In this document: in pieces, positions 9,349-17,677 of the stretch
Position numbering within the stretch: the stretch's first letter is position 1
How the letters are laid out: each line of letters starts with the position of its first letter
Origin: Thermoanaerobaculia bacterium
Lineage (GTDB): Bacteria; Acidobacteriota; Thermoanaerobaculia; Gp7-AA8
Direction: 5' to 3'
DNA: 64,000 nt
NCBI GenBank assembly: GCA_035995985.1
Contig: DASYJY010000089.1
Coordinates: 4,477-68,476 of the forward strand
Notes under the pieces: generated by a model
Databases searched by the model: none
What the model was told of the DNA's origin: nothing
Seen by the model: the letters and a program-made list of their open reading frames with translations, nothing else
Program-made: the position numbers and the translations under genes

Positions 9349-10244
9349 GTTCGTTCCTTTCGCAGTGCGTCACTTGTGCCGAGGGCGACGCGGCGCTCGG
9401 CTTCCCCGAGCCAGGCGGCGAAAATCGCGATGCCGAGGATCGTGAACAAGACGCCGGCCGGAATCCACATGATCAGGCCGGCGAGTTGTTGATCCTCGAT
9501 GGCGTTCAAGCCCCAAGCCGCGGTGCGCGCGCCGTAGATCGGATACCACAGATGCGGCGCGAATGTAATGAGCGCGCCGAGGGCGCCGCTGTGGCCGGCG
9601 GTGGCGAAGACGTAGATCACCGCGGCGCCGTAGCCGAGGCGGCCGTAGCGTCCGTGCGTGAGCGACCACCAGAACATCGTTGCCGTGAGGAGGAAGCTGA
9701 TGTGCTGCATCGCGTGAATCCCGTCGTTGCGCAGCGTCGCTTCGTACCACGACGGGATGTGCCAGACCCACAGCGCGATGGCGTGGACGATCGTGACGAC
9801 GAGCGCGCCGGTGATCCAGTTCCAGGTCTGCGCGATCGGCGCGCGTTGGAAAAAGCGCCCGACCGGTACACGCCATCGTTGCGGCAAAGCCCAGAGAAAC
9901 GCGACGAGCGGACGTCCGAAGACGAGCAGCGGGGCGGCGACGATCATCAGCATTTCGTGTTGCGCCATGTGCGCGGAGAAAAGGATTTCGCCAAGCGCGT
10001 CGAGCGGCGAGACGAGCGCAATGACGAGCGCGATCCATCCGGCGGCGAAGGATGCGATCTGCCATTTGCGAATCCCTTTCATCCGCACGACGCCGATCGC
10101 GTACATCGCGCCGGTGATCGCAAGTGGGAGGATGACGAACGGTTCCCACGACCACCAGCGCATGAACGTGGACGGCTCGAGGTGATGGTGACCGGCGTGC
10201 GCGTATGCGTTGGCGGGAAGTAACAGCGCCGTGAGCACTGTCAT
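9345..10244 (-). CDS. ctaG: caa3-type cytochrome c oxidase assembly factor CtaG
   Basis: In-frame ATG at 10244 within the artefactual 660-aa ORF 9345..11327. Polytopic membrane protein with HMAQHEMLMIVAAPLLVFGRP and IHAMQHISF motifs typical of the Bacillus-type CtaG family. The start codon lies inside a repeat element. Confidence 0.78.
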   Translation of the reverse strand: MTVLTALLLPANAYAHAGHHHLEPSTFMRWWSWEPFVILPLAITGAMYAIGVVRMKGIRKWQIASFAAGWIALVIALVSPLDALGEILFSAHMAQHEMLMIVAAPLLVFGRPLVAFLWALPQRWRVPVGRFFQRAPIAQTWNWITGALVVTIVHAIALWVWHIPSWYEATLRNDGIHAMQHISFLLTATMFWWSLTHGRYGRLGYGAAVIYVFATAGHSGALGALITFAPHLWYPIYGARTAAWGLNAIEDQQLAGLIMWIPAGVLFTILGIAIFAAWLGEAERRVALGTSDALRKERT

Positions 10245-10428
10245 CCTGAGCCGCCGGAGCGACGGAGCCGAAGGCGCAGTCGCGGAGGACGGTCGAAGGA
10301 ACCCCTGATTGCTATCCCGGGTCGGGTGGTGGTCGCCGCCACCCGAATTACCAGACTGGGGGTCCTTCGACCGTCCTGCGGCGTTCCGCGCTTCGCGCTC
10401 CAACGCCTTCGGCGGCTCAGGATGACAG
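10238..10428. mobile_element. MITE/REP-like composite: two inverted ~70-bp GTCATCCTGAGC-type repeats flanking a ~50-bp core
   Basis: 10238-10305 and the reverse complement of 10358-10428 share the head CTGTCATCCTGAGCCGCCG and the tail GGACGGTCGAAGGA(A/C)CCCC. A third copy is at 14353-14423. No ORF for a transposase. Confidence 0.75.
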
Positions 10429-10432
10429 CGCG

Positions 10433-10774
10433 TCACTCGCAGGCTCCGAGGTACAAGTGCGGGATGGCCATGGCGACGATCGACATCGCGAACGCCGCGT
10501 TGAGTGTCAGTCCGCCGATGCCCATGAAACGCACGCGTCGCGTGTCTTCGCCGTTTTTCAATCCGCGCCACGATTCGAATGCGCCGAATGCGCAGAGCAG
10601 GAGTGCCATCGCGGTGATCAGCCAGAAAATCCACTCCGCTTTGTGATCGCAGATCCAGTCGATCATCGCGTACTTGGTCGTGAACGCCACCGCGAAGGCG
10701 AACGGGCTGCTGAGGATGCCGGTCCAGAGCTGCGGCGATGACGGTCGGATATCGAACGGCTTGGTCGTCTCCAT
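10433..10774 (-). CDS. Small integral membrane protein, possible oxidase subunit IV equivalent
   Basis: 113-aa ORF with about three hydrophobic helices. It starts 3 nt downstream of the ctaE stop and occupies the ctaF position of Bacillus-type caa3 operons. No motif-level support. Confidence 0.5.
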   Translation of the reverse strand: METTKPFDIRPSSPQLWTGILSSPFAFAVAFTTKYAMIDWICDHKAEWIFWLITAMALLLCAFGAFESWRGLKNGEDTRRVRFMGIGGLTLNAAFAMSIVAMAIPHLYLGACE

Positions 10775-10777
10775 CCG

Positions 10778-11395
10778 TCAGCTTCCTTTGCGCTGCATCC
10801 ACGGCTCGATGAAGATGATGAAGTAGAACGGCACCCACACCAGCGCGACGAAATACCAGTAGACGGCGGTGCAGCGGAAATCGAGCAGGTGCTTTTTCAC
10901 GACCGGCTTGAAGAGACTGTAGATGAACAGGAGCGCTGTCTCGCCGGTGGCCGCCACCATGTGCAATGTGTGCATGCCGATGATGACCCAGACCACCGAG
11001 CCGTATGCGTGAGAGCTCCACTTGTAGCCGAGGTTCGGGACGATGATCGCGTACTGGATGTAGAGGAAGACCAGTCCGACCGCGATGGAGATTGCCTGGC
11101 CGATGCGGATCGGTAGCATGTTCTTCGTGATCGATGCGCGGTCGATGACGAATGCCGGGATGCAACTGAGCAGCAGCATGACCGTGTTGATGGTCGGCAT
11201 CATCAGATCGGGTTTGGGGACGGTGCTCGGCGGCCAGTCCAGGTTCGTGCTGCGCAGGTAGAGGTACGTGGCCATGGCCATCGCGAACATCGTTCCTTCG
11301 ATGGCCAGCATGGCCAGGTTGCCCCACCAGATCAGCGCGCGGCTGTCCGCGGTGCCTTCAGTGAGCGCGGAGACGTCGAGCACGCGCTGCGTCAA
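10778..11395 (-). CDS. ctaE: Heme-copper oxidase subunit III
   Basis: 205-aa polytopic ORF (IWWGNLAMLAIEGTMFA..., HTLHMVAATGE, AVYWYFVALVW). 4-nt overlap with ctaD. Confidence 0.85.
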   Translation of the reverse strand: MTQRVLDVSALTEGTADSRALIWWGNLAMLAIEGTMFAMAMATYLYLRSTNLDWPPSTVPKPDLMMPTINTVMLLLSCIPAFVIDRASITKNMLPIRIGQAISIAVGLVFLYIQYAIIVPNLGYKWSSHAYGSVVWVIIGMHTLHMVAATGETALLFIYSLFKPVVKKHLLDFRCTAVYWYFVALVWVPFYFIIFIEPWMQRKGS

Positions 11396-13359
11396 CGCAT
11401 CTCCTCTCGCGCCGGTTCAGGCATGCCGAGGTCGAGGCCACCGAGCTCACCGCGTTCGCGGAGGATGTGGTCGTGCAACTCTTCGCCGCTCGGCCAGAAC
11501 CAGCCAATGAGCGCGATGCCGCTGAGCACCGCGCCGATCGTGAACCACCAGGCAAAGAAGATGGCGCCCCACAATCCGATGCACATCGTGCTGGCGAGGA
11601 GGAACGGCCACAATGAATGCGCCGGCAATTGTTCGGTGTGATCCGGCTCCGCGTCGAGAACGTGTGTGATGAGGATTTCGCGGCGGTCGAAGCGCATGCC
11701 GGCGACGTACGGCTGATCGCGCGCCGCGTCCCAAACGGCGTTCAATCCGCTGACGGTCGGCACGTGCAGGTAGTTGTAAACCGGCGGCGGCGATGACAGC
11801 GACCACTCCAGCGTGTCGGCGTTCCACGGATTCGATCCTGCTTCGCGCCCGGAACCCCGGCTGATGAGAAAGTTGATGATCATCGTCAGCACCGACAGCG
11901 CCATGAAGACGGCGCCCGCCGAGGCCAGCACGTTCAGATTTCCCCATCGCATCCCGGGCTGGTATGTGTAGACGCGCCGAGGCATGCCGTACAGCCCGAG
12001 GATGTGCATCGGAAAAAACGTGACGTTGAAGCCGATCAGCAGGAGCCAGAAACTGATCTGCCCCATGACTTCGTTGTACATCCGGCCGGTCCATTTCGGG
12101 AACCAGAAGTGGAACGCGCCGAAGAGCGGGAAGAGCGCGCCGCCGATCAACACGTAGTGGAAGTGCGCGACGACGAAGTAGGTGTCGTGTACCTGCCAGT
12201 TGATCGGAATCGAGGCGAGCATGACGCCTGTCAATCCACCGACGATGAAGACGAGGAAGAAGCCGATCACGTACATCACCGGCGTGGCGATCCGGAATCG
12301 TCCCGACCAGATGGTCGAGATCCAGCAGAAGATCTGCACTCCCGTCGGGATGACGATCATGAGGCTGGCGGCCGTGAAAAAGCTCTCGCCGAGTTGGGGC
12401 AGGCCGGTCGCGAACATGTGATGCACCCAAACGCTGAAGCCGAGGAACGCGGTGATGACGAGCGTGGAGACCATCACTGTGTAGCCGAAGATTTTTCGCC
12501 CGGTGAAGGCGGTCAAAATCGAGCTGACAAACCCCAGCCCGGGAATGAAGATGATGTAGACCTCCGGATGCCCGAAGAACCAGAACATGTGCTGGTAAAA
12601 GAGCGGGTCGCCCCCCTCGGAACGATTGTAGAAATGCGTGCCGACCAGACGATCGAGAGAGAGGTAGCCGCTGGCGATCATGACCGCCGGCATCGCGAAC
12701 AGGATCATGAAGCTGACCACGATCATCGACCAGACGAACAGCGGGATGCGGTTGAGCGACATCCCCGGACAGCGTTGCTTGAATGTGGTGACTACCAATT
12801 CGACCGCGACGACCAGCCCCGAAATCTCGGTGAACGTGATCATCTGCGCCCACGTGTCGACGCCTTTGCCCGGCGAGTACTGCGGCCCGGCCAGCGGCAC
12901 GTAGGAGAACCAGCCGTCCTGCGGTGCGGCGTGAAGAAAGAACATGGTGTAGAGGAACAGCCCGCCGAACAGGTAGATGTAGTACCCGAAGGCGTTCAGT
13001 TTGGGGAAGGCGACGTTGTGCGTGCCTACCATCAGCGGCACGAGGTAGATGCCGAAGCCTTCCATGATCGGGACGGCGAAGAGAAACATCATCGTCGAGC
13101 CGTGCATGGTGAAGATCTGGTTGTACGCGTCCGGCCCGAGGAAGTGGTTCTCGGGTCGCAGGAGCTGGATGCGCATGAGCGCCGCTTCGACGCCGCCGGC
13201 GAGGAAGAAAAGAAACGCTGTGACGATGTAGCGGACCCCGATCTGTTTGTGGCCGGTTTCGCTGAGCCATCCGGTGACGCCGGGCCAGGAGGCCCAGGTT
13301 TTCTCCATGATCGCGCGCTCTTTGGCGAAGTCGGGCGGGGCGACGGCGAGCTCGGTCAT
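11392..13359 (-). CDS. ctaD: Cytochrome c oxidase subunit I
   Basis: 655-aa ORF with WFFGHPEVYIIFIPGLG, VWVHHMF and HFHYVLIGG heme/CuB ligand motifs. Confidence 0.95.
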   Translation of the reverse strand: MTELAVAPPDFAKERAIMEKTWASWPGVTGWLSETGHKQIGVRYIVTAFLFFLAGGVEAALMRIQLLRPENHFLGPDAYNQIFTMHGSTMMFLFAVPIMEGFGIYLVPLMVGTHNVAFPKLNAFGYYIYLFGGLFLYTMFFLHAAPQDGWFSYVPLAGPQYSPGKGVDTWAQMITFTEISGLVVAVELVVTTFKQRCPGMSLNRIPLFVWSMIVVSFMILFAMPAVMIASGYLSLDRLVGTHFYNRSEGGDPLFYQHMFWFFGHPEVYIIFIPGLGFVSSILTAFTGRKIFGYTVMVSTLVITAFLGFSVWVHHMFATGLPQLGESFFTAASLMIVIPTGVQIFCWISTIWSGRFRIATPVMYVIGFFLVFIVGGLTGVMLASIPINWQVHDTYFVVAHFHYVLIGGALFPLFGAFHFWFPKWTGRMYNEVMGQISFWLLLIGFNVTFFPMHILGLYGMPRRVYTYQPGMRWGNLNVLASAGAVFMALSVLTMIINFLISRGSGREAGSNPWNADTLEWSLSSPPPVYNYLHVPTVSGLNAVWDAARDQPYVAGMRFDRREILITHVLDAEPDHTEQLPAHSLWPFLLASTMCIGLWGAIFFAWWFTIGAVLSGIALIGWFWPSGEELHDHILRERGELGGLDLGMPEPAREEMR

Positions 13360-13384
13360 GATCGTGCTTCCGTCGTAGCGCCGC

Positions 13385-14359
13385 TCATTTCAGCGTCTCC
13401 AGATACGCGAGCAAGTCATTCATCTCCGATCCCGACAGCTGATTCGGAGGCATGAGCGTTCCCGGCTTGATCGCCGGCGCATTGGCGATCCATCCCGCCA
13501 GATTGCCGCGCGTGTTCAGCAGTTGTCCCGCGGCGAGCGTGGGGCGGCTGCGAAAGTGGGTGAGGTCGGGTCCGAGAGTGCCGTACGCGTCGAGGCCGAG
13601 GATGTTGTGGCACTTCGCGCACGGAGCGTTGAGGAAGACCTGCTGTCCGCGGAGTTGCGCAGGCGTCATCGGCGTCGGGGCGCCTTCGCCCATGTGCGAT
13701 TTCCATCGCGCGAATTCTTCCGGCGCTTCGGCCACGACCGTCAGCGCCATGTGGGCGTGCTGGTATCCGCAAAATTCGGCGCATTGACCGCGGTAGACGC
13801 CGGGCGTGTCGGCCTGAATCCAGAACTTGTTGACGCGTCCGGGGATGAGATCGCGCTTGCCGTGCAGGTTCGGAATCCAGAGCGAGTGGATGACGTCGCG
13901 CGTGTCGAGCCGCAGCAGAACCGGCGTGTGAATGGGGATGTGGATCTCGTTCGCGTCGTTGATCTGATTCGCCGGCGCGAGCGCGTCGGGATACTTCACC
14001 TCCCACCACCACTGATGCCCGGTGACCTCGATCTCCAGCTGCCGCGGATCATTTTTTCCGAACGTGCCGATGGCGTTTCCGGTGGCGACGCTGCTGAACA
14101 GGAGTCCGAACAGAGTGGCGATGGTGACCGCCGCACAGGTGCTGACGAAGATACCGAGGCGGCGATCGTGCGCGGGATCGTCGACCGCTTCCGCGCGGCG
14201 GCGGCCTCTCACTGCCGCGATGAAGAAGAAAGCGATCGTGATGATGTAGACGGCGACGCAGATCCAGAAGAAGACCCACCAGAGATGTTCGATGCTCGCC
14301 GCCTGCGGACCCGCGGAGTGAAGCGCGGATTGGACGGGAACGAGGGCGATGCCTGTCAT
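13385..14359 (-). CDS. ctaC: Cytochrome c oxidase subunit II with fused C-terminal cytochrome c domain (caa3 type)
   Basis: In-frame ATG at 14359. CuA motif CAEFCGYQHAHM, HSLWIPNLHGKRD, and a C-terminal heme motif CAKCH. The start codon lies inside repeat copy 14353-14423. Confidence 0.9.
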   Translation of the reverse strand: MTGIALVPVQSALHSAGPQAASIEHLWWVFFWICVAVYIITIAFFFIAAVRGRRRAEAVDDPAHDRRLGIFVSTCAAVTIATLFGLLFSSVATGNAIGTFGKNDPRQLEIEVTGHQWWWEVKYPDALAPANQINDANEIHIPIHTPVLLRLDTRDVIHSLWIPNLHGKRDLIPGRVNKFWIQADTPGVYRGQCAEFCGYQHAHMALTVVAEAPEEFARWKSHMGEGAPTPMTPAQLRGQQVFLNAPCAKCHNILGLDAYGTLGPDLTHFRSRPTLAAGQLLNTRGNLAGWIANAPAIKPGTLMPPNQLSGSEMNDLLAYLETLK

Positions 14360-14423
14360 CCTGAGCCGCCGGAGCCGCGTTGGCGCGAAGCGCAAACCGG
14401 CGCAGGACGGTCGAAGGACCCCC
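14353..14423. repeat. Third copy of the GTCATCCTGAGC-type ~70-bp repeat
   Basis: CTGTCATCCTGAGCCGCCGGAGCCGCGTTGGCGCGAAGCGC...GGACGGTCGAAGGACCCCC closely matches the reverse complement of 10358-10428. Confidence 0.8.
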
Positions 14424-14472
14424 AGCCGATTGCCGGGGCGGGCGGAGCGCGGAGGCGCGCTCGACGCTCGTC

Positions 14473-14967
14473 TCACTTCGGCTCCTCCGCGCGTCTCGGC
14501 ATCATCTCTTCCGATCGCGGCGACATCGCGCCCTTCGGCTCGAAGCCGCCGATGGCGCGGACGTACGTCGTTAGCTGCCAGATCTGGAAGACGGGTATGT
14601 GCCCTCCGTACGATGGCATCCCGTTCGGACGTCCCTCGGAAATCGTCGTGAAGATGTTGACCGGCGAGCTGCCGTAGATCCACTCCGCGTCCATCAGCGG
14701 CGGACCGATTCCGCCGCCGCCGTGGAAGTGGCATCCGGAACAGTTGTACTGCTCGAAGAGCTGCTGCCCCTGGCTGATCGCGTATGCGTTTCCTTCGTAC
14801 GGATTGTTGATGCCGGTCGCGGCGAGCTGCTTCGGTCCGGGCTGCAGGTCGCCCATGCGCATCGGATTGGGACGCTGTGATTCATCGGCGGTCGGTGTCA
14901 GAGGACGCCGCTCGCGATGGCAGGCGAACAGCGCGAGGATGGCCAGTAAGGCCAGTGGTCGCTTCAT
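14473..14967 (-). CDS. Monoheme c-type cytochrome, XoxG/cytochrome cL-like by position
   Basis: In-frame ATG at 14967 (164 aa). Signal peptide with LFAC lipobox and heme motif CSGCH. 4-nt overlap with xoxJ. Confidence 0.72.
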   Translation of the reverse strand: MKRPLALLAILALFACHRERRPLTPTADESQRPNPMRMGDLQPGPKQLAATGINNPYEGNAYAISQGQQLFEQYNCSGCHFHGGGGIGPPLMDAEWIYGSSPVNIFTTISEGRPNGMPSYGGHIPVFQIWQLTTYVRAIGGFEPKGAMSPRSEEMMPRRAEEPK

Positions 14968-15803
14968 ACGCGTGGCACTCCGTAGCGATCGAGAATCCGT
15001 TCGATGTCGGTGCGGCGTTTTTCGATTTCGTGATCGAGCTGATCGCGCAGCGCGTTGTCGCCGCGGCGGACGCCCATCGAAATGTCGAAGACGAAGGGGA
15101 GGAAGGGGAGATCGATCTGCGGCGAGACGGGGACGATGTCGAGCGCGACCTTCTGCTGCCGCGCGAAGTAACCCGCCTGTGGTCCCCACACCACGGCGAC
15201 GTCGACCTTGCCGTTCGCGACGGCATCGACGATGTCGCGTCCCGGTGCCTGGCTGCGATAGTCGCCATAGACGGTGTAGCCGGCGACGTTGTCGATGATG
15301 CCGCGCTTGGCCAGCGCGTGCGCGGGCGGCGAGTTGACGTGATCGTTGCCGATCATCTGGACGCCGACCTTCAACGTCTTCAGTCGCGGATCATCGAACG
15401 AGGTGATGTTGAGATGACGGTCGGAGCGGGAGACGAAGACGTAGGTCGAGCGGTAGTACGACTGCGTCGGAAGGGCCTGATCGAAATTGCTGGGTATGCC
15501 CATGATCACGTCGCAATCGCCATGGCGCAGCGTCTGGCGAACGAATCCGCGGCGCTGCGGCCACCAGGTGTAGGCGACCCGCGCGTTCAGGTCGCGCGCG
15601 ACGAGTGACGCGATTTCATTCTCGAATCCCTGCTGCTTTTCGTTGGAGTACGGGAGATTGTTTGGGTCTGCGCAGACGCGGAGCACTCGATCGGGGGTGG
15701 GGGGTCGGGGGTCGGAGGTCGTAGATTTCGCGCAAGAACAGCACAGCGCCAGAAGCACCGCTCCGACACCCGACACCCGACAAACGACTCCCGCGTATCT
15801 CAT
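14964..15803 (-). CDS. xoxJ: MxaJ/XoxJ-like periplasmic binding protein associated with quinoprotein dehydrogenases
   Basis: 279-aa ORF with a type-2 periplasmic binding fold pattern (LRVCADPNNLPYS, CDVIMGIP, VAVVWGPQAGY). ATGA overlap with the xoxF stop. Confidence 0.78.
   Translation of the reverse strand: MRYAGVVCRVSGVGAVLLALCCSCAKSTTSDPRPPTPDRVLRVCADPNNLPYSNEKQQGFENEIASLVARDLNARVAYTWWPQRRGFVRQTLRHGDCDVIMGIPSNFDQALPTQSYYRSTYVFVSRSDRHLNITSFDDPRLKTLKVGVQMIGNDHVNSPPAHALAKRGIIDNVAGYTVYGDYRSQAPGRDIVDAVANGKVDVAVVWGPQAGYFARQQKVALDIVPVSPQIDLPFLPFVFDISMGVRRGDNALRDQLDHEIEKRRTDIERILDRYGVPRV
15692..15786. repeat. Inverted repeat embedded in the 5' coding region of xoxJ
   Basis: GTCGGGGGTCGGAG (15705-15718) pairs with CTCCGACACCCGAC (15761-15774) with one mismatch. 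The arms are G-run and C-run rich like the intergenic repeats elsewhere in the window. Confidence 0.6.
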
Positions 15804-17677
15804 GGCAGTGCAAACGTGTAGAGCATCCCGCCCTTGGTCGTTGCCTTCGGCAGGTCGGACATCGCGTTGACGAATCCGAGGGCGGCGGTGCCGTCGTGCG
15901 GGTCGAGTTGGCCGGCGACGATTGCGCCGGCCCAGCCGCCGACTCCGGAGAGGATCGAGACGTACTGTTTTCCGTCAGGGCCCTGGTAGGTCACCGGCTG
16001 CCCGATGATCCCGGAGCCGCATTTGAACTGCCAGAGGAGCTGGCCGGAGCGCGCGTCGATCGCTTTGAACCACCCTTCCATCGTGCCGTAGAAGACGACG
16101 TTGCCGGCGGTGGCGACGGCACCGCTCCAGACCGGGAAGTTCTCTTTGATCGTCCAGATCTTCTTGCCGGCCACCGGATCCCACGCATCGAACTCGCCGC
16201 GATGTCCGCCCGGACCCGCGTACATCTTCACATTCGCGCCGACGTACGGCGTTCCGGCGATGTAATTGGCTTGGACACCTTCCGCGTCCTCGCAGAGGTT
16301 CGCGTGCGGGATGTAGAGCAGCTTCGTGACCGGCGAGTACGCGGAGGGCTCCCAATCCTTCGCGCCCGGCGCGGGAGGACAGATCATGCGCGTCACGCGT
16401 CCAAAGCCGGGCGCCTTTTCCTGCACCGGTTTCAGGCGGCCGGTCTTCAGGTCCACGCCGCTGCTGGTGGTGATGAACGCGAACGGATTCGCCGACAGCA
16501 CCTGGCCCGTAGTGCGGTCGAGGACGTAGACGTAGCCGTTGCGCTCGGGGCGGACGAGTACCTTGCGGACCTGGCCGTTGATCGGCAGATCGAGCAGGAC
16601 CAGCTCGTTGATGCCGTCGTGATCGTAGAGATCGTGCGGGCTCCACTGATACGCCCACACTGCCTCGCCCGTGTCGGGCCGGCGCGCGAACATCCCGCAC
16701 GTCCACTTGTTGTCGCCGGGACGCTGTTCCGGATTCCACGGGCCGGGATTGCCGGTGCCGTAGTAAATGAGATCGAGCGCGGGGTCGTACGAGATCCAGC
16801 CCCAGGTCGTGCCGCCGCCGATCTTCCACGCATCGGGCGGCCAGCTCTTCACGCCGAGGTCCTGACCTTTGTCGGAGTCGTAGAAAGGATGGAAGCCGGG
16901 GCCGATCAGGCAGTCGTTGTCGGGACCGGTGCTGTACGCCTTCCAGACCTGTTTGCCGGTTTCGCTGTCGAGCGCCGTGAGTGATCCGCGAACGCCGAAC
17001 TCGCCGCCGCTGTCGCCGACGAGGACCTTGTTCTTCACTACCAGCGGCGCCATCGTGATCGATTCGCCGCGATTGATGTCGGCCACCTGCGACACCCACA
17101 CTTCATCGCCGGTCTGCGCGTTGACTGCGGCCGTTTTGCCGTCGAGCGTGTTGAAAAAGATCTTGCCATTCGCGTAGACGCAGCCGCGGTTGACCCAATC
17201 GCAGCAAGCCACGCCCTTCGCGGAGTTGTTCAGGTCCTTCGGCTTGTAGCTCCACTTCGCCGGCGCGCCCGGTTGCGTCAGATCGAGCGCGTAGAGCGTG
17301 TTCGGAAACGGCGTGACGATGTACATCGTGTTGTTCACGACGATCGGCGCCGCTTCTTCGCCGCGGTCGCTGCCGGTGGAGAAGGTCCACGCCACTTTGA
17401 GGTTCTTCACGTTGGCGGTGTTAATCTGATTGAGGCCGGAGAAACGCGTCGACGCGTAGTTCTTCGCGGGCATGATCCATTGCCCGTCTTCGCCCTCAAG
17501 CTTGACCAGATCCGTCTTCTCGGAGGGGTTGGAGGAGTAGCGCTGGAGGAAGGGGAAGGTCTTGTTGTCCGGCGCCTTCGACTTGCACCCGACGCAAATC
17601 AGCACGACCAACAAAATCGCATGGCCCCCCAAGCATCGTGGCCGCATCTGAACGCGACCGGTTGCTCCCAGCATCAC
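15800..17677 (-). CDS. xoxF: PQQ-dependent methanol/ethanol-family dehydrogenase, XoxF-like (lanthanide-type signature)
   Basis: 625-aa ORF with vicinal Cys motif VACCDWVNRG, GDSGGEFGVRG and GTGNPGPWN. HDLYDHDG has Asp-x-Asp (codons at 16616-16624) where Ca-type MxaF has Asp-x-Ala. The start could instead be the internal Met at 17647. Confidence 0.88.
   Translation of the reverse strand: MMLGATGRVQMRPRCLGGHAILLVVLICVGCKSKAPDNKTFPFLQRYSSNPSEKTDLVKLEGEDGQWIMPAKNYASTRFSGLNQINTANVKNLKVAWTFSTGSDRGEEAAPIVVNNTMYIVTPFPNTLYALDLTQPGAPAKWSYKPKDLNNSAKGVACCDWVNRGCVYANGKIFFNTLDGKTAAVNAQTGDEVWVSQVADINRGESITMAPLVVKNKVLVGDSGGEFGVRGSLTALDSETGKQVWKAYSTGPDNDCLIGPGFHPFYDSDKGQDLGVKSWPPDAWKIGGGTTWGWISYDPALDLIYYGTGNPGPWNPEQRPGDNKWTCGMFARRPDTGEAVWAYQWSPHDLYDHDGINELVLLDLPINGQVRKVLVRPERNGYVYVLDRTTGQVLSANPFAFITTSSGVDLKTGRLKPVQEKAPGFGRVTRMICPPAPGAKDWEPSAYSPVTKLLYIPHANLCEDAEGVQANYIAGTPYVGANVKMYAGPGGHRGEFDAWDPVAGKKIWTIKENFPVWSGAVATAGNVVFYGTMEGWFKAIDARSGQLLWQFKCGSGIIGQPVTYQGPDGKQYVSILSGVGGWAGAIVAGQLDPHDGTAALGFVNAMSDLPKATTKGGMLYTFALP

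Noticed and set aside
9345-11327. 660-aa ORF spanning ctaG, the repeat pair, the small membrane gene and part of coxIII
   Set aside because: Only its last 299 codons (from the ATG at 10244) look like a real protein (CtaG). Upstream it reads through REP-like repeats and out-of-frame across other well-supported genes. It is a typical long open frame of GC-rich DNA.
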